Of a DNA stretch of 64,000 nt, positions 39,166 to 52,836 are shown piece by piece. How positions within the stretch are numbered: position 1 is the first letter of the stretch; the number at the start of each line of letters is the position of its first letter. The translations under genes were made by a program, and so were the position numbers. Origin of the DNA: Octopus sinensis (taxonomy: Eukaryota); assembly GCF_006345805.1 (NCBI RefSeq), contig NC_043009.1, positions 59,148,001-59,212,000 on the forward strand. The letters are read 5' to 3'. The notes under the pieces were generated by a model, which was not told the origin of the DNA, made no database searches, and saw nothing but the letters and a program-made list of their open reading frames with translations.

Positions 39166-39561
39166 TACTAGCAGTATCGCCCGGCGTTGCTCGGGTTTCT
39201 AAGGGAAATAACTATATAAGCATTTTTAGAGAGTTATAGCGAAAAAATAGCAAAAAATTCATTAAAAATGGAAAAATGATGGTAATTTTTTTTTTAAATC
39301 GTTGACTCATCGTAGACATTTTTAGAGAGTTACTTCCCTTATATAATAGCGAAAAAATGCATTAAAATGGAAAAAAATGATGGTAATTTTTTTAAAAATC
39401 GTAGACTCATCGTAGACGCGCGCTAATACCAAGAAGGGCTCGATATGAATCACAACTATAAGATACCCGGTTTTGGTTAAACTGCACTGCAAAATGTGGG
39501 AGTAGTTAGGAATCTAAATCATAGGAGACAGACACACAACCTTACTTTTATATATAAAGAT
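39166..39561 (+). mobile_element. Non-autonomous Helitron/Helentron-like element (Lep1/DINE-type)
   Basis: Starts TACTAG with a nearby hairpin CCCG-GCGTTGCT-CGGG; two ~100-bp internal tandem units (CATTTTTAGAGAGTTA...GACTCATCGTAGAC); ends ACAGACACAC...TTTTATATATAAAGAT. Confidence 0.6.
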
Positions 39562-39903
39562 ATATATATATAAATAGATGAGTGTATTTTTACCTTGTTA
39601 ACAATTAACACGGAAAAAAATAAATAAATAGTTACCAGGGTAGCAAAAATCTCACAAGTAAAGAGGTTGTAACTCCTTGTTTATAAAGGTAGAAACTTCG
39701 TGTTTACGTTGAATATTTTGAATAATATATGAATAAATAAGTGGAGTTTAACGTTTTTTTCACTTTCCTGAAGAGAAGATTCCATTGTTTATACCATTTA
39801 TTCTTTTGAATAGTATCAGTGGAATTTTCGAAACGTATGTCAAAATTAAAAATATTTGAGTACACCTGCGTTAAATCCATTTATGTATTCATATAAATAT
39901 ATA

Positions 39904-39960
<57 letters not shown>

Positions 39961-40364
39961 TTGTTATAATTCAAAAGTGTCGTAAGTTCAAAACTTTCCT
40001 TTTTCGGGAAACGAAAAAAAGTTTCACTGTTCCATACCAAAATGGTTGTTCTAACTTTGACAATCTTTGATATCTTGTCATCTGATGCAGCTGGAGATAC
40101 GACCGTTTGACCAAAAGAACCCGGTATTGCAAGCCAAATTAAACATCGCAAAAATGCATTTGGTCTAATTTGGTATGAACATACGGCAGTTTGACATAAT
40201 ACATGCATACAGACATATATATATATATAACCTTAGATATGCTTCGACCAATGATTGGTCCAGGCCATGTCTAACTTATATCACCACCTAATGTATATAT
40301 ATATTATATATATCTATATATATATATATATTATATATATATATATATATATTACATATATATA

Positions 40365-40376
40365 TATATATAGATA

Positions 40377-40414
<38 letters not shown>

Positions 40415-41270
40415 GAGAAAATAGATAGATAGATATGAGATAGGTAGGTTTCGTATTCGTATTTTGATTCTTGATGTGATTCTTCATATAATGCCCCACC
40501 CATAAGTTTCAATAATATATATATATATACATACATGCAGAAGCAGAAACGTTAAAATAGAAATACGTAACTAGCACTCTCATCGCAACTACTGGTAATT
40601 TCCAGCTGGCACTGTTGTGTATATATATTTTTTTACATTTTGAAACAAATTATGCCCTATAAGACGTAATAATCTCGGACCAATACGGCAGATATTTTCG
40701 TTTTTGCAGTGGAATTGCATTAAGTATAATATAACGGTTGACTCAATCTATTTCCCTACTTAGCCAGTAAGTTATATATCTATATATAGCTATCGTCATA
40801 TCTATTATCTCTCTTTATTTCTCCCTATCTCCTTGCTCTCTTTCTGAGTACATATACTTACTTACATACATATATGCATACATATATATATATATATATA
40901 ATATCTGTATGCATGTATGTATATATATAAATTTATTTCTATGTATACACATATATATATGCCTATGTATGTATATATATATATAATATCTGTATGCATG
41001 TATGTACATATATAAATTTATTTGTATGTATACACACATATATATATATATGCCTATGTATGTATGTACATATATATATAATATCTGTATGCATGTATGT
41101 ATATATATAAATTTATTTGCATGTATACACACATACATATATATGCCTATGTATGTACGTATATATATATATATATAATATCTCTATGCATGTATGTATA
41201 TATATATATAATTTTATTTGTATGTATATACACATAAATATATATGCCTATGTATGTATGTATGTATGTA

Positions 41271-41309
<39 letters not shown>

Positions 41310-42312
41310 TATATATAATAATATATTATATATATATATAGATAGATAGATAGATAGATAGATATAGATAGATAGAAAAATAGATAGATAGAAAAATAGA
41401 TAGATAGATATGTAGATAGATAGTTCGTATTCGTATTTTGATTCTTGATGTGATTCTTCATATAATGCCCCACCCACAAGGTTCAATAATATATATATAT
41501 ATATACATACATGCAGAAGCAGAAACGTTTAAAATAGAAATACGTAACTAGCACTCTCATCGCAGCTACTGGGTAATTTCCAGCTGGCACTGTTGTATAT
41601 ATATATTTTTACATTTTGAAACAAATTATGCCCATAAGACGTAATATCTCCGGACAAATACGGCAGATAATTTTCGTTTTTGCAGTGGACTTGCATTAAG
41701 TATAATATAACGGTTGACTCAATCTATTTCCCTACTTAGCCAGTAAGTTATATATCTATATATAGCTATCGTCATATCTATTATCTCTCTTTATTTCTCC
41801 CTATCTCCTTGCTCTCTTTCTGAGTACATATACTTACTTACATACATATATGCATACATATATAGAATATATATATATATTGTATGCATGTATGTATATA
41901 TATAAATTTATTTGTATGTATACACTTATATATGCCTATGTATGTATATATATATATAATATCTGTATGCATGTATGTACATATAAAATTTATTTGTATG
42001 TATACACACATATATTATATTATATGCCTATGTATGTATGTAAACTATAATATATAATATCTGTATGCATGTATGTATATATATAAATTTATTTGCATGT
42101 ATACACACATACATATAATGCCTATGTATGTATGTATATATATATTATATATATATATAATATTCTATGCATGTATGTATATATATATTAAATAGTTTTA
42201 TTATATACACATAAATATATATGCCTATGTATTATGTATGTATGTATGTACATATATATATATAATATCTATATATATATATATATATATTATATATATC
42301 TGTTTATATATA
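40365..42312. repeat. Tandem duplication of about 974 bp, each unit holding an ~80-bp AT-rich minisatellite
   Basis: TTCGTATTCGTATTTTGATTC at 40450 and 41424; unique cores align over about 430 bp. Confidence 0.9.
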
Positions 42313-43120
42313 TATATAATTTTATCACTCTGAATCTCCTAGCGCGAAGCGGCCTTGCCAATTTCGCGTGTACCAACAACAAACAACAAAGCCAACAACT
42401 AATTGGTCCGTTAGAGCTCTCAATCAACTGAATCACCAAAACCAAAACGCAGGCATTGCTTCAAAATACATGTAATAGAAAATCAAATCCGAATTACATC
42501 CGAGGAAAAACCTCCAGACTTCAAGTCTATATACAACACTAGAAAAGAGAAAGAAAAGCCAAAACTCCTAAACCTCATACACAGAAATCCTAAAAAAAAA
42601 TAATAATAAAAACGTATATGAACGACTAAATAACTGAAAATTGTAAAAGGAAGCGAATTAAGAAGGAGAATAACAGACATAAAAATGTAATTAGAGGAAT
42701 ATAAAGAACAATTTTCGTGTATCGAATTTCATTTCAAACTGTATATCTATTTACTAATATACAACTCGTGAAAAACCAAATACTCTATTAGCAGATCTCA
42801 TGAAACAGACTTGGCTTTTCTAAATGCAATCTATTGTATTCGAGGAAATGCTTTCAACGAAAGGCTTTTCGACAATTTTGCTTAAAACGCCGTGTATCTA
42901 TCCGCTTACAGGTACGCATGCGTTTGCTGTCACATGCACAAACAAAACCGAGTAGACGTAGAGGCGCATGCACAAACGTGATAACGCATGCATGCAGAAA
43001 CACGTGCATACATATATACATACATACATACATACATACATAAAAATATATATATATACACATTTCTATGTAAATTAATATATATACACGCAAACACACA
43101 CATACGTATATGCATAAATA

Positions 43121-43382
43121 TTCTTTTATTCGTTTACTAGTTTCTGTCCTTTGACTGCGGCCATGCTGGAGCATCGCCTTTAGTCGACCAAATCGACCCC
43201 AGGGCTTACTTACTCTTTGTAAGCCTAGTACTTACCCTGTCAGACTCTTTCGCCGAACCACTAACATACGGGGACGTAAACACACCAATATCGGTTGTCA
43301 AGCGATGGTGGTGGCTGGAAAACACACACAGACACAAATAATAAACACACACATACATACACACTCACACATCATATACACA

Positions 43383-43426
<44 letters not shown>

Positions 43427-43575
43427 TCGACGGGCTTCTTTCAGTTTCCGTCTACGAAGTCCACTCACAAGACTTTGGTCGGCCCGAGGCTTTAGTAATG
43501 CCGCGAAAACCGGGACCGAACCCAGACCCATGTGGTTGAGAAGCAAGCTTCTTACCACACAGCCACTCGGCGCCT
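43121..43575 (-). mobile_element. SINE family B copy
   Basis: Aligns end to end with 38342-38751. Confidence 0.9.
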
Positions 43576-44348
43576 ATAATATATAATATATATATATATA
43601 TATGTATGTATGTAAGTATGTACGAATGTATATACATATATGTGTAATACATAACTTTATTATGAAACCGACTCTATGTTTGCGTCCGGGCGTGAGTGTA
43701 AATGTGTTTACACATTGAAATGTTGTATAAATACCCGCGCACGTGCACTCACTCGCGTGTGAAATGGATGATCTAATAAATCTAAAAATAAAAACCAAAT
43801 TTATTAATATAATGTATTATATATATATATATATATAAATATATTTCTTACAAGCACATTATATATATATATATTATATATATATATAATATATATAATA
43901 TATATATTTACAAGTACGTATATATATATATTATATATATATATATATATGTATATATATTATATGTATGCATGTATGTAGGTTCGGGCTGAGGCTTAAT
44001 GAACGTCGAATCCCCATTATGTACAGCAATTTGAATCCTCCTGCAATTACGTTACGTGTGCTTGTGTATATATATAGCTATCTAAGTGAACAGAAATTGC
44101 CACTAATGTGCAGTAAGATGCACAAATGCATTCAATATCATACACGGGACTTGAGAGAAACGAGGGAAAATTGTTTGATCCGTTCATATATGTATATATG
44201 TGTGGTGTGTGTCTCTCTCTCTATATATATATATACATACTTATAGGTGTGTGTGTGTGTGTATGAACATATATTTGTATATATATATATGTATTTACAT
44301 ACATATATATTCACACATGCACATACATACTTTTATACACACGCACAC

Positions 44349-44385
<37 letters not shown>

Positions 44386-44570
44386 GTGTGTGTGTGTATG
44401 TATTTATGTTTGTAGGTATGTATGTGTGTATGTATATATTTATGAGTGATTAAACATATATATCCCACCCGTTGTGTGTATAAAATAACACTAAAACATA
44501 CCGGCATGCAACGTATACAGACACACACACAAACACACACATACACTCATGCACACACAATACATACGTT

Positions 44571-44609
<39 letters not shown>

Positions 44610-44710
44610 GTGTGTGCATGTATTTATATATATATATAAATACTTTCATACAAACACACATATATGTATGTATACATATATACATACTATATATATATAT
44701 GTATGTATAT

Positions 44711-44786
<76 letters not shown>

Positions 44787-45239
44787 AATATACAAATATA
44801 CATATGTGTATGTATACGTGTATGTCACATAATGCAATCACAAACTCCGAGAATGAAGAGTTTAAACAGCAGCTCTGATTAAATCTGAAAGCGTGTTTAA
44901 ATGAACAAGGAAGTGTTCTGATGTGTTAATGTGTTCAATGAACGATTGTTGCTTTTGAGAGGGGTGACGTGAGGAGGAGGATGAGGAGGAGGTAGTTAGT
45001 AGGTTGTAAGATAGCGGGGGGCTGAGGGGAAGGGCAAGATGTGGATGGTATCGATCTCACGGTGGCGGCGGTGGTGGTGTTGGGTTCGGTAATAAGGTAG
45101 ATGAGGCAAATTTGCCGCCAATTTTGGTGATAATTGATGGGTAAAATAGCTTCCTTGTTTCTTCTGACGTTCCTTGACAATTGGAGATTATCGTGGTCGC
45201 TGCTGTGAAGGCGGAGACGGGGAATGAAAATGGCTGCCA

Positions 45240-45633
45240 GTGTTGCGATGGTTATGGTGCCGGTCGGTTATTGTAGTGGTGGTCACGGTATTTGCGGTAG
45301 TGGTGGCGGTAGTGGTGGCGGTGGTGGTGGTGGGTTCTTCGTGTGATGTATTGTGTGTTAAAAGGGAGGTTTGTGATTTTGATGGTGTTTATTGTGGTAT
45401 TTTAAATGGTGGTGATGGTTGTGGTGGCGGTGGTGGTGGTACTACTGATGGTAGTTGTGCTTGTGGTAGTGGTGGTGCTGGTGCTGGTTGTGGTGGTGGT
45501 TGTTAGGGCGGTGGTGGCAGTCACGATTATGTAATATTAGTAGTAGCAATAATGTTGGCGGTAGTGGTGTTAACGGTGTAGTTAGTCGTGTTAAAGGCAG
45601 TGACGTCAGTGATGGTAGTGATAGTGGTGGTTA

Positions 45634-45670
<37 letters not shown>

Positions 45671-45882
45671 GGTGGTGGTGGTGGTGGTGGTGGTAGTAGT
45701 AGTTGTGGTGGTAGTAGTAGTAGTAGTAGTGGTGGTGGTGGTGGTGGTGGTGGTGGTAGTAGTAGTAGTAGTAGAAGTAGCAACGGTAGTAAAAGTAGTA
45801 GTGGTGGTGGTGGTAGTAGTAGTAGTAGTAGCAGTAGTTGTAGTATAAATAGTAGCCATAGCAGCATCAGCAGCAGCAGCTA

Positions 45883-45915
<33 letters not shown>

Positions 45916-45969
45916 CAGCAGTGACAGTAACAGCAGTAGGAGCAGCAGTAGCAACAGTAGTAGTAGTTA

Positions 45970-46019
<50 letters not shown>

Positions 46020-46620
46020 AATGTTGCCACTACTGCTGCCGTTGTCTAATTATCAACTCATGCTCCTTCTGACCACCCTTCCTCACAGCCCTTCCAACCG
46101 CAACAAGGTTATTCTTTGCCTTTTCTCTCCTTTTCTTTTCTTTTTTATTTTTGCTTCTCTTTCACTTGCTTCAATTCTCACATGAACCGGTGTGCACTTC
46201 CTTTATTACAGTGTCAGGCTAGAACACGATGGAGATTTGGCTGCTGTTTCTAGTGGGTTGAAATTTCTTCACTGTAGTCTTGCTGTATGTAGCAATGGTA
46301 TATTGTTGCTGCCATTGTTGTTGTTTTCATTATTGTTGTTGTTTATTGTGGTTGTGGTTGTGGTGGTAGTTATGTTTGTAGGCTGTGTGAGGTGGTCATG
46401 TGACGGCGGTAGTGGTAGTGGTGGTGGTGGTGGTGTGGTGGTGGTGTGGTGGTGTGGTGGTGGCGGCGTTGTTGGTTGTGTGGCTATGGTAATGATAGTG
46501 GTGGTTGTGGTCGTGGTTGTGGTGGTTGTGGTTCTGGTGGTAGTCTTGGTAGTCGTGGTCGTAATTGTAGTATCGGTTGTGGTGGTGTCATGGTCAGTGT
46601 CGTGGTGATAGTAGTTAACA
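45240..46620. repeat. (TGG)n/(TAG)n/(CAG)n low-complexity region
   Basis: Visible directly; a short unique island at about 46030-46300. Confidence 0.9.
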
Positions 46621-46668
46621 TGTAGCAGTGATGTTTATCAGACGCAATGCATCCTTCTTAGAATTGTT

Positions 46669-47093
46669 ACTCTTTACTCTTTTAATTGTTTCCGTCATTT
46701 GACTGTGGCCATGTTGGAGCACCGCCTTTAGTCGAGCAAATCGACCCAGGACATATTCTTTGGAAGCCTAGTATTTATTCTATTGCTCTCACTTTTGCCG
46801 AACCGCTAAGTTACGGAGACGTAAACACATCAGCATCGGTTGTCAACCGATGTTGGGGGTACAAACAGACACACAAATATATATACACACACACACACAC
46901 ACTTACATACATATATATATACATATATACGACGGGCTTCATTCAGTTTCCGCCTACCAAATCCACTCACAAGGCTTTGGTCGGCCCGAGGCTATAGTAG
47001 AAGACACTTGCCCAAGGTGCCATTCAGCGGGACTGAAACTGGAACCATGTGGTTCGTAAGCAAGCTACTTACCACACAGCCATTCCTGCGCCT
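46669..47093 (-). mobile_element. SINE family B copy
   Basis: Aligns end to end with 38342-38751. Confidence 0.9.
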
Positions 47094-47342
47094 TGTTGTT
47101 CTTGTTATTCTTGTAGCACTTCCTTAATCCTGTATTACCTCTAATCCATCATACCTAAGATCGACGGATTTTCCAACCATAACAATCCTGACTCATTATA
47201 CCTTCACACATAGTACATGGTGTACTACTATAGAATACAAAGTATTTCATAAAGACATCCAAGGTACGCTTTCATAGACATTTCGCTCCTATTTCTAGCA
47301 AGCTGATAGACACGATGCATCCGTCTTAGAGTTGCTGTACAT

Positions 47343-47555
47343 GCTGAGCTGGCAGAATCGTTGGCATGCCGGACGAAAGGCATTTCTTGGTGACATTTTG
47401 TCCGTCTTTACGTACTCAGTTCAAATTCCGCCGGGGTCGACCTCGCCTTTTATCCTTTTGAGATTGATAAAATAAATACCAATTGACTACCATGGTAGAT
47501 GTAATCGGCTAACCTCCTCCCCAAAATTTCAGCCCTTGTGCTTTGTACTAGAAAG
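47343..47555 (+). mobile_element. SINE A copy (moderately diverged)
   Basis: GAGCTGGCAGAATCGTTGGCATGCCGG...GTTCAAATTCCGCCGGGGTCGACC. Confidence 0.8.
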
Positions 47556-47769
47556 GTTACTGTCGTTGCCCCTTATTTAACTCAGATCCGTCCTCAGTAC
47601 TGTTTTAAGGAGACCGTTGTAGATTCAGCTGTTTACGAAAGGGTAACAAACTTTTGTCGTAGCAGAGGATGCATAGGGCGAGATGCAGCTCCGGGACAAA
47701 CTCTGTCCATCACAATACCGGAAGAAGTGGTGTGCTTGGAATGGCAAATGTGATAATGATTGTAATTTA

Positions 47770-48203
47770 CGGCGTTCACACGTGTGTGTGTATGCACGCA
47801 TGTATGTGTGTGTGCGTCTGTGTGTGTTTGTTTGTGTGCGTGTGTCTGTGTGTGTGTGAGAGTGAGTTCATTTGTGTTTGTGTGTGTCTGTGAGCGCGTG
47901 AGTGTGTGAGAGTGATTTTCTTTGTGTGTGTGTGTGAGTGAGCTTGTTTGCATGTGTGTGTGTGAGAGTGAATTTATTTGTGTGTATGTGTGTGTGAGAG
48001 AGAATGAGTTCATTTGTGTGTGTGTGAGTGCGTGAGTGTGTCGGAGTGATTTTGTTTATGTGTGTGTGTTTGTGAGAGAGACAGACAGAGATTGAGTTGT
48101 GTGTGTGTGTGTGTGTGTGTTTGTGCGTGTGTGTATGTTTGTGTGTGAGTGAGCTTGTTTGTATGTGTGTCTATGAGTGCGTGAATCTGTGAGTGATTTT
48201 GTT

Positions 48204-48235
<32 letters not shown>

Positions 48236-48946
48236 TGAGTTTGTGTGTGTGCGTTTGTGTCTCTGTGTGTGAGTGAATTTATTTGTGTGTATGTGTGTGT
48301 GAGTGTGTGAGCGTGTGTGAGAGAGAGTGAGTCTGTGTGTGTATATGTGTGTGTTTAAGTGCATGTGTGTAAATGTGTGTGTGCGTGTTTGTGTGTGAGA
48401 GTGAGTTCATTTGTGTGTGTGTCAGAGTGATTTTACTTGTCTGTGTGTGTTTGTGAGAGTGAGAGAGACAGACAGACAGAGAGAGTGTGGGTTTCTGTGT
48501 GTGTGTTTGTGTGCATGTTTGTGTGTGTGTGTGCTTGTTTGTATGTGTGTGTGAGTGTATGAGTGTATGAGTGTGTGAGAGTAATTTCATTTGTGTGTGT
48601 GAGCGAGAGAGAGTTTGTCTGTCGGTATGTGTGTGTTTGTGTGCGTGTGTGTATATGTGTGTACGTGTGTGTGCATGTATGTATATGTGTGTATGTGTGT
48701 GTGGGTGTGTGTGTGTCTGTGTGTGTGTTGTGTATGTGGGTCTATATGCACACAGGTGAGTAGGCAGAGAATAAAACAAAAATCTGTGAATATATAGTCG
48801 TAAACCATCACATGCAAACACACTACTTTCCATGCGCACACACACACACACACATACACACACACACATACACACACACACTAGAAAATGAAACAAACGC
48901 ACGCAAAAAGTTAACGTGTGCAAAAAGATACACACGCCAATACAAG

Positions 48947-48991
<45 letters not shown>

Positions 48992-49374
48992 ATACACACA
49001 CATATACATGAGCTCTCCCGTGAGTTCACACGCATACTCATTGATTTTGAAGTCATGCATCAATACATTCGTGATGCTGCTGTTGATGAAGCTGATGACA
49101 ATAATGATCGTGATGACAACGACCATAACGACGACCATGGCGACGATGTGAAAACATCACTTCCACCAATATCATCATCATCATCATCACCATCATCATC
49201 ATCATAATTATCATCATCTTCATCATCATCATCATCATCGTCATGGTCTTCAATGTCATCATCATCATCATCGTCATCATCATCAATGTCATCATCTTCA
49301 TCATCGTCATCATCATCAATGTCATCATCATCATCATCATCATCATCGTCGTCATCATCACCACCATCATCATT

Positions 49375-49409
<35 letters not shown>

Positions 49410-49510
49410 CATCATCGTCATCATCACTACCATCATCATTATCATTATCATCATCATCATCATCATCACCACCACCATCATCATCAATAGAAGTAATTTC
49501 AATGATGGTG
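47770..49510. repeat. Degenerate (GT/GA)n, (CA)n and (CAT)n low-complexity region
   Basis: Visible directly; it generates the poly-D/M/S and CV ORFs. Confidence 0.9.
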
Positions 49511-49948
49511 GTGGTGGTGGTGATGTTTCCTAATGTTAAAAAGATCGGTGGTTGCGGTGATGACAATGACGATGCTAAGGAAGAAGTGGAGGAGGAGAAG
49601 GAGAAGGATGGAAATGGCAGGGGTGGGGTAAACTGAAGAATGTGAATGCTGACGAAGACGATAAGGATGATGACGACGAGGTCATCAGTGACAAGTAACG
49701 ACATCTACAGGCGGAATGCAAAATTCGAGTAAAGTATGGAGCTACGTGTATATAACAATATTTGGTGTCTTCGACGTATACATAAGGATACATAAAGATA
49801 TATAAGGATGTTTAAGGATATATATTTGAGGATATCTTCGTCACCCTTTTCAAGCCTAGCCATATATTCACACACAAACATACATACAAACATCAATACA
49901 TGAATACACACGCATATATATATATATAGCCACCGATATTACTAATAT

Positions 49949-50177
49949 GCGGCGAGCTGGCAGAACCGTTAGCACGCCGGGCGAAATGCGTAGCCGTATT
50001 TCGTCTGCCATTACTTTCTGAGTTCAAATTCCGCCGAGGTCGACTTTGCCTTTCAACCTTTCAGGGTCAATAATTTAAGTACCAGTTACATACTGGGGTC
50101 GATATAATCGACTTAATTCCTTTGTCTGTCCTTGTTTGTCCCCTCTATGTTTAGCCCCTTGTGGGTAGTAAAGAAAC
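49949..50177 (+). mobile_element. SINE A full-length copy with TSD
   Basis: Near-consensus; TSD ATATTACTAATA at 49936-49947 and 50180-50191. Confidence 0.9.
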
Positions 50178-50272
50178 ATATATTACTAATACATATATAT
50201 ATAGAGAGAGAGAAAGGGAGCAAGAGAAAGAGAGAGAGATAAGACGTATGATATATGAGGCTTCACACAGTT

Positions 50273-50503
50273 TCTTATTTCTTTACTGCCCACAAGTGGC
50301 TAAACACAGAGGCGACAAACAAGGAGAGAAAATCGGATTAAGTCGATTATATCGACCCCAGTGCGTAACTGGTACTAATTTAATCGACCCTGAAAGGATG
50401 AAAGGCAAAGTCGACCTAGGCGGAATTTGAACTCACAACGTAACGCAGACGAAATACCGCTAAGCATTTCGCCCAGCGCGCTAACGTTTCTGCCAGCTCG
50501 CCG
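50273..50503 (-). mobile_element. SINE A full-length copy with TSD
   Basis: Near-consensus; TSD AGGCTTCACACAGTT at 50258-50272 and 50512-50526. Confidence 0.9.
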
Positions 50504-51689
50504 TGTCACACAGGCTTCACACAGTTGCTGTCTAGCGAACTCACAAGACATTGGTTGGCCTGGGGCATTACTAGAAGACTCTTGCACAAGGTACCGTGCA
50601 GTGGGAATGAACCCAAGGTCACGGTATTACAAAACGAGCTTCGTAACCACACATTCACGCCTGTCTGCTCGTACGTATCTGTTTCCGTATAACATATTTA
50701 TACTTACAAAACAAAAGAAACAAATACCGATTACTCATTACAGGATGTTCAGTTCTGTTTCATTTCCTTTTGTACTCTCGAACACACAGGACAGCAAACT
50801 GACGCCACTGGTTTCTCTCGGCTGCAGTTTCGCTTCCGTCCGCCCATGTCATTTTGGCCTCTTTCATGTCGGTTAAAAATGTTCTAAGCCACGTTGTGTT
50901 CTGTCTTGATCTTTATCCTTCCGGCGGTGTCTATTTGAAAGCTGTTTTGAAATTACATTGTTTGAGTACCCGAAGTGGTTGATCTGATAGATTTAATCTT
51001 CGCTCTTATATATTGGCTGTCTTTAGAAAGTCTTTATTGGTGATGTGGGATATATATTCTTTGAGAATAATTTTATTACTCGTTTATGACTCATTTCGAT
51101 GTTACTCTGAGTTTTAAACATATTTGTGTAATGAAGTTAGCGATCGCTTCATTCACAAATACTTTGGATCAACATACAGACATTCACAGTCATAGGCACA
51201 TACATATGTTGGAAAGTAGACTACTTGTGCATGTATGTGCTTATATCTTGTGTCTGTTTTTATCTCGTGTGTACATGTATGTGTTTATCTGAGTATGTTT
51301 GTAAAAATAAATATATCTCGAACACAATTTCCGATTAACAGTAATCGATCAACTAAATTAACACACTGACTGATTTATTGTATTAAGTGGCTGAGGATTC
51401 CATGTGCAAACGTGTACTCTCTACATAAATCTCAGACAGAGTCAACCTCACACTGAGAGACAAGGTTGAATTTCTGAACGGGCTTCTCTACAGTTACCGT
51501 CTATCTCGTCTTGGATCAGATATTATGGCTCGAATCAAGTTTATTGAAAATGGCACTTGCCAGGGTTGTCACACAGAGGAATCGAAATTGGGATCTGAAG
51601 AATGCGAAGCGAACGTTTTAAACACTTGACCATACTGCGCTTAATATGTGTGAATGTATGTGTGTAAGTACGATCGATCGATCGATAGA

Positions 51690-51704
51690 TACACTGATAA
51701 ATAA

Positions 51705-51773
<69 letters not shown>

Positions 51774-51864
51774 CAGAGAGACAGACAGGCTGGCAGACAG
51801 ACAGATAGATAGATAAATAGATAGAGAGAGAGATAGAGAGAGAGATAGAGAGATAGAGACAGAC

Positions 51865-51959
<95 letters not shown>

Positions 51960-52004
51960 CAGACAGGCAGACAGACAGACAGACAGACAGATAGATAGAT
52001 AGAC

Positions 52005-52067
<63 letters not shown>

Positions 52068-52190
52068 AAGATAGATAGATGATGGATAGATAGAGAGAGA
52101 GAGAGAGGGTAGATAGATAGATTGATAGATAGAGAGAGAAAGAAAGAGAGGTAGATAGAGAGACAGACAAACAGACAGATAGAAATATAG
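51690..52190. repeat. (GATA)n/(GACA)n microsatellite
   Basis: Visible directly. Confidence 0.95.
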
Positions 52191-52728
52191 ATAATATTCC
52201 ATTATATTAATCTCCTTAGTGTCCTCAAGGTATATAAAATCTGTCAGTTCATGCCAAACACTTCTTTCTCGAGCCATACCTTCTATATCCATCCAATTTC
52301 CTTGCTTTACTTCTCACTCCATCGTTTATGGCTGTGGTTCTCGGTCTAGAAATTTTTTTTTCCATTCCACAAGACACCAATACGAAAGCAGCTTTATTAA
52401 ATTTCTTTACCTTCTGAGAACATGGCCCATCGATTTCCGTTTCAGAGATTTCACAAAACAGTTGCATCTTCTAAACGCAAAGAATCTGCCTTACAGATAT
52501 ATATCGTTTACGTTTTGTTTGCAAACATATGCTCTGTAGAAGTGCTATATGTATATATGTGTGTGTGTGTGTGTGCGTGTGTCTATATATGTATATATAT
52601 ATTATTTATACACACACACATATTGATAACTAGATAGATAGATAAATGTATGCATAGATATATATAGATATATATATATTCTTATATATATATATATTTA
52701 TATATATACATATATGCATATATGTATA

Positions 52729-52760
<32 letters not shown>

Positions 52761-52787
52761 CTTTATTTAAAACAGCAGAAAATTCAA

Positions 52788-52836
52788 CAAAACCTGTTAC
52801 TCTGAGTTTCCCGTTGCCGTTCATCGGACAGTTTTT
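52788..52836 (-). ncRNA. Minimal type I hammerhead-like motif (U4C variant) in a short repeat fragment (52761-52837)
   Basis: Minus: CAAAAACUGU | CCGAUGA | A-CG-GCAA-CG-G | GAA | ACU-CAG-AGU | A | ACAGGUUUUG. Stem I pairs at 9/10 positions; GUA triplet. Confidence 0.7.

Noticed and set aside
50740-50880. Polypyrimidine tract plus ACACAG acceptor-like site (possible exon)
   Set aside because: Short open frame without homology cues or a matching donor; such signals are common by chance.
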